Assembly: GCF_009914755.1 (NCBI RefSeq)
Contig: NC_060934.1
Length of the DNA: 64,000 nucleotides
Origin: the human T2T-CHM13v2.0 reference genome, Homo sapiens
Direction: 5' to 3' (one strand)
Numbering within the stretch: the first letter of the stretch is position 1; every line of letters begins with the position of its first letter. Position numbers and translations under genes: made by a program. Below the pieces are notes generated by a model that ran no database searches, had not been told where the DNA came from, and saw only the letters and a list, made by a program, of their open reading frames with translations. Of the stretch, positions 63,146 to 64,000 are shown piece after piece.

Positions 63146-64000
63146 AAGATTTGTTAACTTTTTAGAGCTGAAGTTTGGTCCACTATTTTATGTCATCAAC
63201 CTTTGATTTGCTGTGCTCTTCCCGTCAATTTAGAAAAGAATTTACCAAAGGTTGTAACATGTAATACAATTATTTTTTTCTCTGTACTTGAAAACAGAAA
63301 CAATGGTGATTATGTATAATATATGGAGTATCTACTGATTATTTTAGATGTCACTGAATTTATAAATTGAACTGAACATATAACCTCAGTTACTTTGCCA
63401 AAATTCCTTCTTTCAATATTACATAAACTGTAGAATGCGGAAGAGGCACTTTTAATTTCTAATTATTTAAGCGAGAAATGGAAAGACTCAACACTTCCTT
63501 TTAGGCTCAGACATAAAATTTCTGGTTGATACATCACCAGGGATTGTGATTTACACATGTATGTAAGTGAAACTTTCCGAATAGACAAACTTACAGGATA
63601 TATGGAATATCATTGTATTTACATACAGCACTATCTCAGACATCATTCCAAAAACTAAAGGACAATGAGGAAATATTTCCAAAATCCATATTACAGTGCT
63701 TTGGGGAGGTAAAAGAGAGAATGTTGCAATATGTTTTCCTGTTTGACTCAAGCTACATCTTAGGAGATATTTTAAACAGTGAATAAAATTTCTGTGTCAT
63801 AGTGAAAAGACATAAGCCAAACTACAATTCTCCAAAGAAATCTGAAATGAAGATTACTAAATACAACCTCCTGGATTTGGTTTTACTTACCTAGTATGTT
63901 GACTATGTCTGCTTATGGTTTTCTTACTTATGCCTACTTACCACCTTTTAATTAAATGAGCTGATAAAATTTCATCTAAGTGCAGAATTTCCTTCGCTTG

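Overview
Primate (very probably human) non-coding genomic DNA, intronic or intergenic and dominated by interspersed repeats. It holds about 49 Alu copies or fragments (J, S and Y types, many with readable target-site duplications, TSDs), several old and nested L1s, L2 and MIR remnants, and DNA transposon fossils (MADE1, MER47/Tigger5-type, Tigger2a, MER58A, MER91A). It also holds two LTR1-family solo LTRs, one complete LTR12C (ERV9) solo LTR and a decayed ERVL pol/integrase remnant. I can support no protein-coding gene, tRNA, rRNA or CRISPR array; the listed ORFs are mostly repeat-derived or chance. I found no new biological system. The best observations are local rearrangement signatures: an Alu-Alu recombination-built tandem array of chimeric Alus (50.8-52.4 kb), an Alu with an apparent ~135 bp TSD followed by an AT-rich palindrome (13.0-13.8 kb), short templated duplications, twin-primed L1s, an LTR12C with a canonical TATA variant, and a repeated 15-mer with homeodomain cores in unique DNA. 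Repeat subfamily names are from recalled consensus sequences, not a RepeatMasker run, and old-repeat boundaries are approximate.
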